Origin: Bacillota bacterium
GTDB lineage: Bacteria > Bacillota > Clostridia > Clostridiales > Clostridiaceae
Direction of reading: 5' to 3'
Assembly (NCBI GenBank): GCA_030706015.1
Contig: JAUZPI010000003.1
Location: 7,004 to 71,003, forward strand
DNA length: 64,000 bases
Shown here: piece by piece, positions 6,677 to 16,294 of the stretch
Layout: each line of letters opens with the position of its first letter
Position numbering within the stretch: position 1 is the first letter of the stretch
Program-made: the position numbers and the translations under genes
The notes under the pieces: model-generated
The model's database searches: none
What the model was told of the DNA's origin: nothing
What the model saw: the letters and a program-made list of their open reading frames with translations, nothing else

Positions 6677-8629
6677 TTATGCTATTACAGAATATTCAAC
6701 TGTAATTGTTCCATCTGTAAAATTATTATAGGCTATATTACTTCCTATTATATAAGGCGTTAGTTTAATAATTAATGGACTTATAATAACTGTACCATTA
6801 CTATAATTTTCACTACTATATAGTCCTTGAAAACCAATTACTATTCCTGATACATTATAGTTTTTAATTGAGTAAGATACGCTAAACTCCTTACCTTTGA
6901 ACTCGTCTGGAAGCTGTACAGTTACTGATTGATTGTTATTTACAACGACTTCACCTTTGTAATTTAAATAATGATATTCCTTTTTTGTGGCTCCATTTAT
7001 ATGCTGCAATCCATCCGCTGAAATTTTAGTAAGAGTTCCATCCGAATGCGTCCACTGGGAGTAATCTTTAGTATGTTGAGCTGTATCCCCTGATTTACCC
7101 AGAGTAAAGGTTTGACCATCAAAACTATAGTCCCTACCAACCAATTTTAAGTCCGTACCATCAAAATATAAATTATAATCGGTTTTTGAATTTCCAATAA
7201 GTAGAGTTCCTTGGTCTAAATTGAATTGAACTTTACCACCTACAAGTAGGCCGGTTACAATTAAATCTGCTACAAATCCTTTCCCTGTCCCCCAGGTACG
7301 CCAGTTCCAAGCACCACCTATTTTATCCTTTGCAATAGAAAAGATGCCTGGACCCAAGTATAAAGCACCATAATCTTCGCTTGCTGCATTTGTATTCTCC
7401 AGTAGTATTCCTTTACCCTCAATTACTTGAGCATTTTGATAAGCTCCAGAAGCTATTAACTGATTCTTTAAGGTATCTATTATGCCTTGCAGAAAATAAG
7501 TATTAAGTTTACCTTGCGCTGTTAAAACTGCATCTAAAGCATTTGCCGCCCTTTGCATATTAATTTGCCTGTCTGTCATTGTTTCAAATTTGTTATCTAT
7601 TGTTAGTTTAGAGTTCCATGGATCTAGTAAGTCTTCATCTATCTCTATAACCGTAAAATAATCATCTACGTTTAATACCTCATTTTCGACTTTATAGTCA
7701 TTTCCAACCTCAAAATCATCAATGGTTAAATTCAATACATTAAGGTTTACTGCTGTTAACTGTAGTTTTATTTTAGCCTTTTTAGCATTATCTAGGTATT
7801 CTTGACCTGCTGCCTTTAATAAATTAACATCCTCTATATCCTTTAAATCTGCAATCTGCTCTATTATTCCATATTGTGCAACTGATTCAGCATCCTCTAA
7901 GTAGTCCTTACCATTATTCACAGTTTCAATTGTTGTACCATCCTTGCCAACTGGGACCACTCTAGTAGCTATATTGGTTACATCCTCGTCAAGTATCATA
8001 TCCTGCATATTGTAACCTAGTTTAATTTTAGTTGTGCTTTGCTGTCCTACTAAGCCAGTATAATCCAAATACCTTATACTATTTTCTTTCCTTACCTTTA
8101 AAACTCCACCAAACTTATTAACAAATTTATCAATAATAAAATTTAGTGATTTTTCATAGTTGGCTTGAATATCTAAGACACCTGTTACATCAACTCTCCC
8201 AAGAACAAACTGCTTGTCACTCGTGGTATGGCTATTATGGTTATCTACAATTAACTGCAGTGCATTTATCAGAATCATTCCTGACAAATCCCATGCTCTT
8301 GTATTGGTATCATTCAAGTATGCAAGTTCCCCCTCGCAAACCACTTCTTTATAGAACTGTCCAGTATTGTCCATTTTACGAGGTGAGCTTATTACTCTGC
8401 CTTCAAATCTTAAAGTATTGTCTCTAGTATCATAAACTTGAACAAATGTTACTAGGTCGTATATTTTAGAATATCCAGCATTTTGAATAGGAATAGTAAA
8501 AGTTAATTGCTCTGGAACTGACTTTTTTTTATTAAGGTTGAGTTTTAAAAATTTAGGAGTATCTTTACTTGGGTTAGGATAATGAACTGTTATTATTTCA
8601 GTTCCGGTCATTAGTTTTACCGAGTACAT
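6677..8629 (-). CDS. Tail-associated protein (Tal / prophage-tail minor structural protein, N-terminal region family)
   Basis: 650 aa. N-terminus MYSVKL...TFTIPIQNAGYSKIYDLVTFVQVYDTRDNTLRFEGRVI resembles siphovirus Tal N-termini. Located in the tail module. Confidence 0.65.
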   Translation of the reverse strand: MYSVKLMTGTEIITVHYPNPSKDTPKFLKLNLNKKKSVPEQLTFTIPIQNAGYSKIYDLVTFVQVYDTRDNTLRFEGRVISSPRKMDNTGQFYKEVVCEGELAYLNDTNTRAWDLSGMILINALQLIVDNHNSHTTSDKQFVLGRVDVTGVLDIQANYEKSLNFIIDKFVNKFGGVLKVRKENSIRYLDYTGLVGQQSTTKIKLGYNMQDMILDEDVTNIATRVVPVGKDGTTIETVNNGKDYLEDAESVAQYGIIEQIADLKDIEDVNLLKAAGQEYLDNAKKAKIKLQLTAVNLNVLNLTIDDFEVGNDYKVENEVLNVDDYFTVIEIDEDLLDPWNSKLTIDNKFETMTDRQINMQRAANALDAVLTAQGKLNTYFLQGIIDTLKNQLIASGAYQNAQVIEGKGILLENTNAASEDYGALYLGPGIFSIAKDKIGGAWNWRTWGTGKGFVADLIVTGLLVGGKVQFNLDQGTLLIGNSKTDYNLYFDGTDLKLVGRDYSFDGQTFTLGKSGDTAQHTKDYSQWTHSDGTLTKISADGLQHINGATKKEYHYLNYKGEVVVNNNQSVTVQLPDEFKGKEFSVSYSIKNYNVSGIVIGFQGLYSSENYSNGTVIISPLIIKLTPYIIGSNIAYNNFTDGTITVEYSVIA

Positions 8630-8651
8630 ATTTCACCTTCTTTCTGAGAAA

Positions 8652-8681
8652 TAAAAAAGAGAGTATTTCTACCCTCTTTTT
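8652..8681 (-). terminator. Terminator after the acyltransferase moron
   Basis: Minus strand: agagggta gaaa tactctct hairpin (one G-U pair) followed by tttttta. Confidence 0.55.
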
Positions 8682-8690
8682 ATATAAACG

Positions 8691-9740
8691 TTAAGCAATT
8701 TGATTTTCTTTGTAAACAATTTTATTACTTTTACCAATGAAATAATAGAAATATTCGTTAACTATATAGCAAGTAGGTAAAAATATTACAATTGAAATAG
8801 TTGTAATAATAATTCCCCAAATTAATGAGTTTCCATTAATTGTTGATTTGGGAACTTTAAATATAAAAACTAATATACCTTTTAATAGCGTAAATACTAC
8901 AGTTTGATGTAAACACATTAGTATTAAACTATTTTTACCAATATAAGATAGTAGTTTACTCTTTATACAATTAGATACTATAAAAATCATACCTATTCCT
9001 GATAAAGCTGATAAATAAAAGTAGAATATATTTCCATACTTGTTTACTGCCATATCAACTTTACTTATACTATTATTTAAATAACAACAAGTTATACTAA
9101 AAATTAATAAACTAATAAAAACAAATATACTTTTATAATTGGCCATTTTTATCAAAATAATATCTTTCTTGCTATATAATAAATTGCCTAATCCATAAAA
9201 TACTACTGCATTTAAAGCAATGTCAATTCCCCAAGGAAACTTAAACGTATTAAATATAGAGTTGAAATATCCAACTATAGCACTTAAAATTAATATTGAA
9301 TATAAAATATACTTGTTTTTTACTATATATAGCAATGTATAAAATATTATACTAACTATAAATAAACAAGGTAAAAACCAAAGCGCAGGATTATAAATCA
9401 AATCTCGACCATATAAAAAATCAATAAATATTTTTTCGATGCTTACACTTGCATAATTCCCAAACCTTCTACCTATTAATACCCAAAATAAAAGCGTGAC
9501 ACTTGAAAATGAAATATATGGTATAATTAATGAGTTAAATTTTCTTTTAAGGAATATTTTAAAGTTGTTATATTTTTTTATGTTAAATAAACAGCCTGAT
9601 AAAAAGAAAAATAATGGCATATGAAAAGAAAAAATATACTTGTCCAAATCTAGAGGAATTGCTGTATGTCCTAACAATACTAATATTATCCCAATACCCC
9701 TCATATTATCAATATTTTTCTTCCTTTGATTATTAAGCAC
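8691..9740 (-). CDS. Acyltransferase family 3 integral membrane protein (OafA/Oac-like O-acyltransferase)
   Basis: 349 aa with about 10 hydrophobic helices. N-terminal MRGIGIILVLLGHT motif and FFFLSG are typical of Acyl_transf_3. Confidence 0.8.
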   Translation of the reverse strand: MLNNQRKKNIDNMRGIGIILVLLGHTAIPLDLDKYIFSFHMPLFFFLSGCLFNIKKYNNFKIFLKRKFNSLIIPYISFSSVTLLFWVLIGRRFGNYASVSIEKIFIDFLYGRDLIYNPALWFLPCLFIVSIIFYTLLYIVKNKYILYSILILSAIVGYFNSIFNTFKFPWGIDIALNAVVFYGLGNLLYSKKDIILIKMANYKSIFVFISLLIFSITCCYLNNSISKVDMAVNKYGNIFYFYLSALSGIGMIFIVSNCIKSKLLSYIGKNSLILMCLHQTVVFTLLKGILVFIFKVPKSTINGNSLIWGIIITTISIVIFLPTCYIVNEYFYYFIGKSNKIVYKENQIA

Positions 9741-9773
9741 CTAAAATTTCTCCCCTCTGTATGTTTTTACTAT

Positions 9774-9784
9774 ATTATAACACA
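9774..9784 (-). promoter_or_regulatory. Extended -10 promoter (TGtTATAAT) for the acyltransferase gene
   Basis: The minus strand reads tgtgttataat about 35 nt upstream of the GGGGAG SD and start codon. The same 11-mer occurs at the sRNA promoter at 41041..41051. Confidence 0.4.
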
Positions 9785-9811
9785 TTATCCATACAGGAGA
9801 ATATATTTAAA

Positions 9812-11575
9812 TCAACCAAATGACACTCTAGTATATCCATTGTGAGGTAAGGTTGATGAAAAAGATATTGTAATTTTTCCGTTTACTACATCTACCGCAC
9901 TGATATATGCTGTAACGTTATTTTGCATGTTATTCCAATTACAAGATGATATTGCAAATGGATATGTAATTTGAGATATAAAACAACTATACATTGTTGC
10001 ACTTGTAGCTCCAGCATATGCAAATATATTTTCATCCGAATAACAATTAGTTGTAGTCCCTAATGAATTTTTATAATATCCTATACAATTTGTAAAACAA
10101 ACTTTTGCATTAGCGTTAAAATTAGTTGAATTAATTACCAATGACATATTAAAAATATCAAACAAACAATTAGTAAATAAAAGCCTTCCTCCACTACTTC
10201 CTGTATCAAATAAATAATTTACACTGCTGTACCACGATCCAGATGTTCCACTTGAATTAGATTCAAAATGACAATTATTAAAAAATAACATAGCATCATT
10301 AACACTGAAAAAATAATTAGAATAGTCACAACTACAGTTATTAAAATACATATCAAGTGCATTTGAACTTGCTTTACAAATTAACTGTGAGTTAAAGAAA
10401 TTGCAATTGTTAAAAGTAATTCTCTCTCCTGCCGTTGTTGCGCTTCTAGAATACAAGTCTGCATAAATATCTATTGCACATAAATAAATATTACAATAAT
10501 CCAAAGTAATTAAATATGTATTACTATGCGCTAAGTCAATTCCGTAATTAAAATAGTAAATACTAACTTTGTGAAAATTTAACTTATTTCCTATAACTGA
10601 TAAACCAGTTGAAGTTGTAGTAGAAAAATTCGATGCATTACCAGTGTTGTTTCCTTTTATATTTATATTACTTAATGGTGTAAACCCACTTCCATTAATT
10701 GTTATAGCAACTATATTTCCCGCACTAGAAAAGTCTAATAATGAGCCATTACCAATTAAAGTGACTCCTTGTGGTATTGTAATACCATTACTACATTTTA
10801 ATATCTTATTTGGTGGTAACATTAAACTTCCTGATCCAAAATTTGTACTAATATAGTTTAGTAAATTTTGAATTATCATACTATCATCAACTATATTGTC
10901 TGCATGTACAGCTATTTGTCCAGTAGGTGGATATAGGGCATTGATTTGGATGCCCTCTAATTTATTGTTATTGTAAGTTATTTGTGTTTGTTTATCACTT
11001 AATTGTAATCTATCATTTAAAATTGCTTGAACTAGGTTTGTTTCAGATATTTGGCTCATATCACCAGTTTTATCATCACTATACACTCCGATATTCACCC
11101 AGCTAGAGCTATTCCATCTATATCTAGTATGAGTATCGACAGTTTGAGTTGCCCATCCAATAGAAGGATTAGGGTATGTTGTAGCAATATCTGCATAAGT
11201 ATTGACATAAGGTTTCCATATTATTAAGGTATTATTGTTTATATTATTTACAGCACTATTTGCACTTGTTGCGGCGGTATTTGCCGCACTAGCTGCGTTA
11301 GTGGCATTTGTAGTTGCTGTAGTTGCTGCACTTGCCGCTGTATTTGCATTATTTGTTGCTGTTTCGGCTTCTGTCTTGAAAGTGTTAAATTCAGTTACTC
11401 TCTCATTTTCATTTGTAACCCTTTCATTTTCGGCTGATATTCTGTTATTCTCATTCTGTGTGTATTGGTCCACTTGATTATTGATAGCTTCTATGCCATC
11501 AGCAATGCTTGATCTAACTTCTTTACCCAAGATAGCATTTCTAATAGCTAAAATTTTATCTGAAATACTTGCCAT
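9812..11575 (-). CDS. Tail fibre or tailspike with a C-terminal right-handed beta-helix (pectate-lyase-like) domain, putative depolymerase
   Basis: N-terminus has a coiled, A/T/N-rich linker (ENERVTNENERVTEFN, NANTAASAATTATTNATNAASAANTAATSANSA). C-terminus has a periodic N-C-x-F/Y pattern (NCNFFN, NCSCDY, NCHFES, NCLFDI). The start overlaps the Dit stop (TAATG). Confidence 0.65.
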   Translation of the reverse strand: MASISDKILAIRNAILGKEVRSSIADGIEAINNQVDQYTQNENNRISAENERVTNENERVTEFNTFKTEAETATNNANTAASAATTATTNATNAASAANTAATSANSAVNNINNNTLIIWKPYVNTYADIATTYPNPSIGWATQTVDTHTRYRWNSSSWVNIGVYSDDKTGDMSQISETNLVQAILNDRLQLSDKQTQITYNNNKLEGIQINALYPPTGQIAVHADNIVDDSMIIQNLLNYISTNFGSGSLMLPPNKILKCSNGITIPQGVTLIGNGSLLDFSSAGNIVAITINGSGFTPLSNINIKGNNTGNASNFSTTTSTGLSVIGNKLNFHKVSIYYFNYGIDLAHSNTYLITLDYCNIYLCAIDIYADLYSRSATTAGERITFNNCNFFNSQLICKASSNALDMYFNNCSCDYSNYFFSVNDAMLFFNNCHFESNSSGTSGSWYSSVNYLFDTGSSGGRLLFTNCLFDIFNMSLVINSTNFNANAKVCFTNCIGYYKNSLGTTTNCYSDENIFAYAGATSATMYSCFISQITYPFAISSCNWNNMQNNVTAYISAVDVVNGKITISFSSTLPHNGYTRVSFG

Positions 11576-12270
11576 TACAGTACCTCCTTCCTAAATACGA
11601 ATTTAATATGTCCTGTGCCATTTATCTCAATTATATTTGCGCCATTCTTAAGTTTGAATAAATAATCTGTGTTATCTCCGATACTTAAATTACTTGTATA
11701 GTTTCCTATAGTAGCAGTCATGAAAGAAGAAACATTTATATTTGGTACAATAGTTCTTCCTGGATTATATATTGTAACTGTCTTGCTTCCAGAAACGTCA
11801 AATTCAGTATCTTGTAGGTAGTCAAATTCAAAACTGAAGGTATCCCACAATTTATTTCCCTCTAAGTCAATTCCGTATTTGAATGGCTCTGCTACAAATG
11901 TCACTGTTGATTCTCCATAAAGATATGTTTCTTGCCATGTTGGTTCTTTCTCAACCTCAGCGAGAAAATAAACATTTGCTAAATCATCAAAAATCAATTT
12001 TGATTGACCAACGTCATATATCCACGCTAAAAACTGCTCATATCTTACCTGTAGTTCTGTCTTAGAGGAAGCTTTTATTCCAAATTTACATTCTATAGGT
12101 CTTTGAGAATAAACAATCTCTCCACCACTACCAACTGTAGACATATCATAAGCTGAATTCATAAAAGGGACATTTACTTTAATTTTCTGCTTAGTGGGGG
12201 CAAGTATTTTTCTATCCTTGAGGAATAAACCTGGTATATCTGTTTCTTTTTTATCGTTAAATGTTACCAT
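11575..12270 (-). CDS. Distal tail protein (Dit, siphovirus tail family)
   Basis: 231 aa immediately downstream of the tape measure gene, with translational coupling on both sides. Confidence 0.65.
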   Translation of the reverse strand: MVTFNDKKETDIPGLFLKDRKILAPTKQKIKVNVPFMNSAYDMSTVGSGGEIVYSQRPIECKFGIKASSKTELQVRYEQFLAWIYDVGQSKLIFDDLANVYFLAEVEKEPTWQETYLYGESTVTFVAEPFKYGIDLEGNKLWDTFSFEFDYLQDTEFDVSGSKTVTIYNPGRTIVPNINVSSFMTATIGNYTSNLSIGDNTDYLFKLKNGANIIEINGTGHIKFVFRKEVL

Positions 12271-15036
12271 CTATAATCCTTGCCTCCTTGCTTCAAATTT
12301 AACATTTCTACCTTGGCTATAGTCATAATACTGGTGAATCATAGTTCCATCCAAAAACACTTGAACCACGTTAGGTTGTGAATTATTAAGCATTTTCTCT
12401 GATTGGTCTTTAGTCAAAACAGTTTCCCCACCTTTAAAATGCATTAAAAATGGCTGAGTTTCTTCATTAACCCAATGCAAACCAGGAGAAGCGTAGTCAG
12501 TTCCATCCTTGTATCCACCAAAGTTCTGAAACGTCATAGAGTTACCTGTTAATGCTTGCCCTATAATGCCTTTTCCAATTATGGGCCACGAAGAAGGGTC
12601 TGCAAGAGCCTTCCAACTTGCCGGGTCAGTTAACTCATTCCAAACCTCAGATATACTTCTTTTCAGATTTTGTGACCATGTATCTTGCGCTTGAGCTGCC
12701 TGCACTGCCTTCTGGTAGGTCTTTTCTATTTCATCACGCTTTTTCTGTTCAGTTGTCATTACGGCTTCAAGTTCATCATCAAGTGATTTCTTAGCAGCTT
12801 TATATTTTTCGTTCTCAGCATCTTGCTTGGATTTTAAATTATCATCTAATACTTTCTTTTGTTTCTTTGACCAACCATCAAGCGCTTTATCTTCCGCATC
12901 TAAGGAATCTTTAGCAGCTTTATATTTTGCATTTTCGGCAGATTCCTTTGCTTTTCTCTCTTCTTGTATTTTATCTATCTTAGCCTGAGTAGCTTTGTCA
13001 ACTTCGGCTTTTTCAGCATCAAGATTAGATTTCATTATAGCCTTCTTATCCTCTTCGGCCTTCTTTAGTTGGTCAATCTGCTTTTGTAAGGCTGTTTTTT
13101 GTTGGTCTGCAACATCTTGGTCTTTACGCTTATTCATTTCTTTTTCTAAGTCATTAATTTGAGTTTGAATTATAGCTTTTTCTGTAACAGATTTAGCGTT
13201 GTCCAACTGCATTTGTAAGGTTCTAAGCTTTTGATTATCCTTAGCGTTCTGTTCGGCTTCATCCTCGGCTTTTGATTTATTGTCTATGGCAGCAATCTGC
13301 TCATTTATTGCATCTATTTGTGCATTAGTTTGGTCTTCAAGAGTTTTAGTAGCAGCATTATAAGCATCCTCTAGAGCCTTTTTCTGCTTGTCTGCATCCT
13401 CTTTTACTATATCTGTAAGAGAGTGAGAAGTCTCAGAAGCTACTCCATAGTAATCTCGAATTTTTTGAATAGCATCATTATGTTCATCATCTAGTGCTTC
13501 TTTTCTTTTTTGTATAGAATCCTTGAGAGCCTGTTCTTGTGCTTGTAAACCATCCACCTGTGCTTGATATTCTTCTTGAATATTGTTAAGTACCGCACTA
13601 TGTGACTTATCTAAATCATCTATTTGCCTATTAATATCATCTTTCCTTGCTTTTGTTTCTTTATCCAATGCATCAATTTGTGCATTTTTAACTTTTTCTG
13701 CACTATCTATGGCTTTTTGGGTGAAGCTCTCTGTTGCAGTTGATGCATCATCAGACATTGTATTCCAAATAGCTATTTGCGCAACCAATAATCCTACAGC
13801 AGCCGCAAATATTCCTACTGGACTTGCAGCCATTGCTGTATTTAATAACCATTGTGCTGCTGTTGCTCCCTCTATCGCTGTGCCAGCTTCTGTAGTGGAA
13901 AATGCAAGCATAGCTTCTGCTGCCGCTTGATTTCCAGTCAATAGTATACCTGCCGCAGTAACTAAATTTTGTGCTTCTTGTGCTACTGATATCGCTAAAA
14001 CTGCCCCTTTATAAGCAACAAATGCAGCTGTTATACCACCAACTACAGCTAAAACAGCTTGACCGTGTTGACTAATGAAACTAAATACGTTGCCAATAGT
14101 GCTACCTATAACATTAATAGTTGTAGCGAGTTCTGGAGGAAAAAGTTCATTGAGTACACCCTTCATACCATTTATTTGAAAGGCTTCTTTTAGATCCTGA
14201 GTTTTCTTTATCAATGAAGGAAGAATATTATTCGTTAAATCCTCAAACTCCGGCTTCATTATTTCTCCTAAAGTCATTTGAGTGTTATCTTTCAAAGTTG
14301 ACATTAAACCTTCAAAACTCTTAGATTGCTTATCCATCATGTTTGGAAAACGAGTTTCCATACCATCAATAAGCTGTTTTACTGCTGTATCTGCTGGTAT
14401 AAGTCCCTGTTCAGAGAGCTTCATAACCTCAGCTGTAGATTTCCCCATTGCTTTAGCCAAGATATCCCAAGCTGGTACACCTGCATCTGTGAGTTGCATC
14501 ATGTCTTGAGCAGTTACTTTACCTTTAGCTTCCATCTGACCTAGTGCAATTGTTATTCTATTTATACCATCAGCACCAAGACTTAATCCTGAAGAAGCAT
14601 CACCGATTTTTTTCAAATCATCTGGTATTTCAGCTGCGCTAAACCCAAATGCTTCTAGTTTTTTTGTTGAATCTGCTAGTTGAGGAAGTGTGAAAGGCGT
14701 ATTGGCCGCCATGTTGCCAATTTGACTAAGTAATGTTCCTGCTTTATCAGCACTTCCTAACATTGTTTCAAAGGAAATCTGATTCTGCTGCATTGCGCTG
14801 TTAAATCCTAAAGACATGTCCCAAGCTTCTTTCATGCCTTCCTTTAACAAATCAAAGATCCCTTGCCCTACTGTAAATTGAAAGGCTCCTTTTAGGAAAC
14901 TGCTAAAGCTATTTGCATCACTCTTGGCATCATTCATACCTTTATTAAAATTACTTTTATCCAAGCCAAGTCTAACAATTAATTCACCTACATCCACTAT
15001 CTCACCGCCTTTCTTTTGAAAAATAAAAAGAACCAC
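12271..15036 (-). CDS. Tape measure protein
   Basis: About 900 aa. N-terminal TMP core, hydrophobic G/A-rich segments, and a long K/E/A/D coiled region with internal duplication (AENAKYKAAKDSLDAED / AENEKYKAAKKSLDDE). The likely true start is the GTG at 14997, after GGCGGTGAG. Confidence 0.9.
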   Translation of the reverse strand: MVLFIFQKKGGEIVDVGELIVRLGLDKSNFNKGMNDAKSDANSFSSFLKGAFQFTVGQGIFDLLKEGMKEAWDMSLGFNSAMQQNQISFETMLGSADKAGTLLSQIGNMAANTPFTLPQLADSTKKLEAFGFSAAEIPDDLKKIGDASSGLSLGADGINRITIALGQMEAKGKVTAQDMMQLTDAGVPAWDILAKAMGKSTAEVMKLSEQGLIPADTAVKQLIDGMETRFPNMMDKQSKSFEGLMSTLKDNTQMTLGEIMKPEFEDLTNNILPSLIKKTQDLKEAFQINGMKGVLNELFPPELATTINVIGSTIGNVFSFISQHGQAVLAVVGGITAAFVAYKGAVLAISVAQEAQNLVTAAGILLTGNQAAAEAMLAFSTTEAGTAIEGATAAQWLLNTAMAASPVGIFAAAVGLLVAQIAIWNTMSDDASTATESFTQKAIDSAEKVKNAQIDALDKETKARKDDINRQIDDLDKSHSAVLNNIQEEYQAQVDGLQAQEQALKDSIQKRKEALDDEHNDAIQKIRDYYGVASETSHSLTDIVKEDADKQKKALEDAYNAATKTLEDQTNAQIDAINEQIAAIDNKSKAEDEAEQNAKDNQKLRTLQMQLDNAKSVTEKAIIQTQINDLEKEMNKRKDQDVADQQKTALQKQIDQLKKAEEDKKAIMKSNLDAEKAEVDKATQAKIDKIQEERKAKESAENAKYKAAKDSLDAEDKALDGWSKKQKKVLDDNLKSKQDAENEKYKAAKKSLDDELEAVMTTEQKKRDEIEKTYQKAVQAAQAQDTWSQNLKRSISEVWNELTDPASWKALADPSSWPIIGKGIIGQALTGNSMTFQNFGGYKDGTDYASPGLHWVNEETQPFLMHFKGGETVLTKDQSEKMLNNSQPNVVQVFLDGTMIHQYYDYSQGRNVKFEARRQGL

Positions 15037-15049
15037 CGAAGTGATTCTC

Positions 15050-15802
15050 TTATTGTTTTTCTACTCTTACATTTTTAAACTCATAGAGATTTATACCATC
15101 TCCAATTGTTTGTATCTTTACGTCTATTTTATCTGTATCAACAGGTTTAAAAAATAGCACTAACTTAGCGTTTGATTTTGCATCTGCATACATAGGTATA
15201 TCTTTAGATATTTGTGAATTAAGTCTGTTAACTGCATCAAATTTAATGTCATAATACTCGTATTTGCCATTCACTGATAATCTAGTTGAAAAGTAACCAA
15301 TTGTTACTTGTTTGTCCGAATTGTTTTCGCAACTAAACTCTAACTTTAGAAAACTGCTATTTTGTGTCACATTATCAATCCTAATGCTTATATCATCCTG
15401 TTTATTTAAAACAGGAAAACTTTTAAACTCAACTTCATTTTTCTTATTAAATATAATATCACCGAGTCTTACAAAGCCATCCTTGTTTTGTTTTAAACCT
15501 GCCTGTGCTTTTGCAACTAATTTATCATCAGTAAAGGTTAATACAATGTTACTTCCATCTTTATTTTTCCAACTCTTAGCTTCTGATGTGATTCCTCCAA
15601 CTTCTGCTTTTGCTGTATTTTCTGTTGGTGAACCTAATATGTCAGTTATCTCATTGTAATTCATACCAGGTTCGATAAAATCATATTGATCTAATGAATA
15701 CTGTATTTTATCTGAGAAACTATTTGATGTACTAGTTGAACTACATCCTGTTAACACAGTTATTAATGCTACAAGAGTAAAAGCAACTCTTTTAAATCTC
15801 AT
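15050..15802 (-). CDS. Lipoprotein encoded between the tail chaperone and tape measure genes
   Basis: GAGGGGGAG SD then ATG at 15802. MRFKRVAFTLVALITVLTGC|SSTS is a signal peptide plus lipobox. The mature part is beta-rich. Confidence 0.7.
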   Translation of the reverse strand: MRFKRVAFTLVALITVLTGCSSTSTSNSFSDKIQYSLDQYDFIEPGMNYNEITDILGSPTENTAKAEVGGITSEAKSWKNKDGSNIVLTFTDDKLVAKAQAGLKQNKDGFVRLGDIIFNKKNEVEFKSFPVLNKQDDISIRIDNVTQNSSFLKLEFSCENNSDKQVTIGYFSTRLSVNGKYEYYDIKFDAVNRLNSQISKDIPMYADAKSNAKLVLFFKPVDTDKIDVKIQTIGDGINLYEFKNVRVEKQ

Positions 15803-15865
15803 AAAGAACTCCCCCTCAAATATATTTATATGCAAATTTTATCATATATTTGAGGTTTATGGAAA

Positions 15866-16294
15866 TTATCTAACTACTTTTATTCCTTTAGAAGTTTTTT
15901 GCACTGCATAACCATTCTTTTGCGCCCACTCTATCCAATGTAATTCAGATTCATTTATTTCGTTATCTTCAGTAACATCTTCATCTATTTGTTCATTTTT
16001 ATCAGATTTATCACCATATGTAGGATATGGACCAATCATATCCTCTATACTTGGGCCATCCTCAGAATTACATGCAATCCATCTAGCAAGTTTAGCAAAC
16101 TTGGTTAAATCTATGTAGTACTTCTCATGATTTTTAAAAGCCAAATAATCCGAATGTAAAATATTATAAAACTCATTAACCGTTAATTCCTCAATATCCT
16201 GCTTCTTATATCCTAGTTCCTTTGCGAAGAAGATAATCGTTTCTGTGCTAATTGCACAACTGGCAATATTACCTTCTTCACTCCTGTAAAATTT
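15866..16294 (-). CDS. Tail assembly chaperone, -1 frameshift extension (gpT-like part of a gpG-T fusion)
   Basis: The -1 frame relative to 16213..16557 is open from 16294 through the track ORF 15866..16144 (hand translation, no stops). The slippery heptamer is at 16288..16294. Confidence 0.6.
   Translation of the reverse strand, partial: KFYRSEEGNIASCAISTETIIFFAKELGYKKQDIEELTVNEFYNILHSDYLAFKNHEKYYIDLTKFAKLARWIACNSEDGPSIEDMIGPYPTYGDKSDKNEQIDEDVTEDNEINESELHWIEWAQKNGYAVQKTSKGIKVVR

Noticed and set aside
11235-11477. Plus-strand ORF encoding an Ala/Val/Phe-rich 80-aa protein
   Set aside because: It is the antisense shadow of the A/T/N-rich linker of the tail fibre gene. It has no SD, and the minus-strand gene is clearly the real one.
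12700-13000. Internal duplication in the tape measure gene (AENAKYKAAKDSLDAED / AENEKYKAAKKSLDDE) as a mobile repeat
   Set aside because: Coiled-coil repeat expansion is normal in tape measure proteins, which act as length rulers, and it stays in frame.
13583-14544. Plus-strand ORFs 13583..13930, 14282..14509 and 14326..14544
   Set aside because: They are antisense shadows inside the tape measure gene. They have no ribosome-binding sites and low-complexity products.
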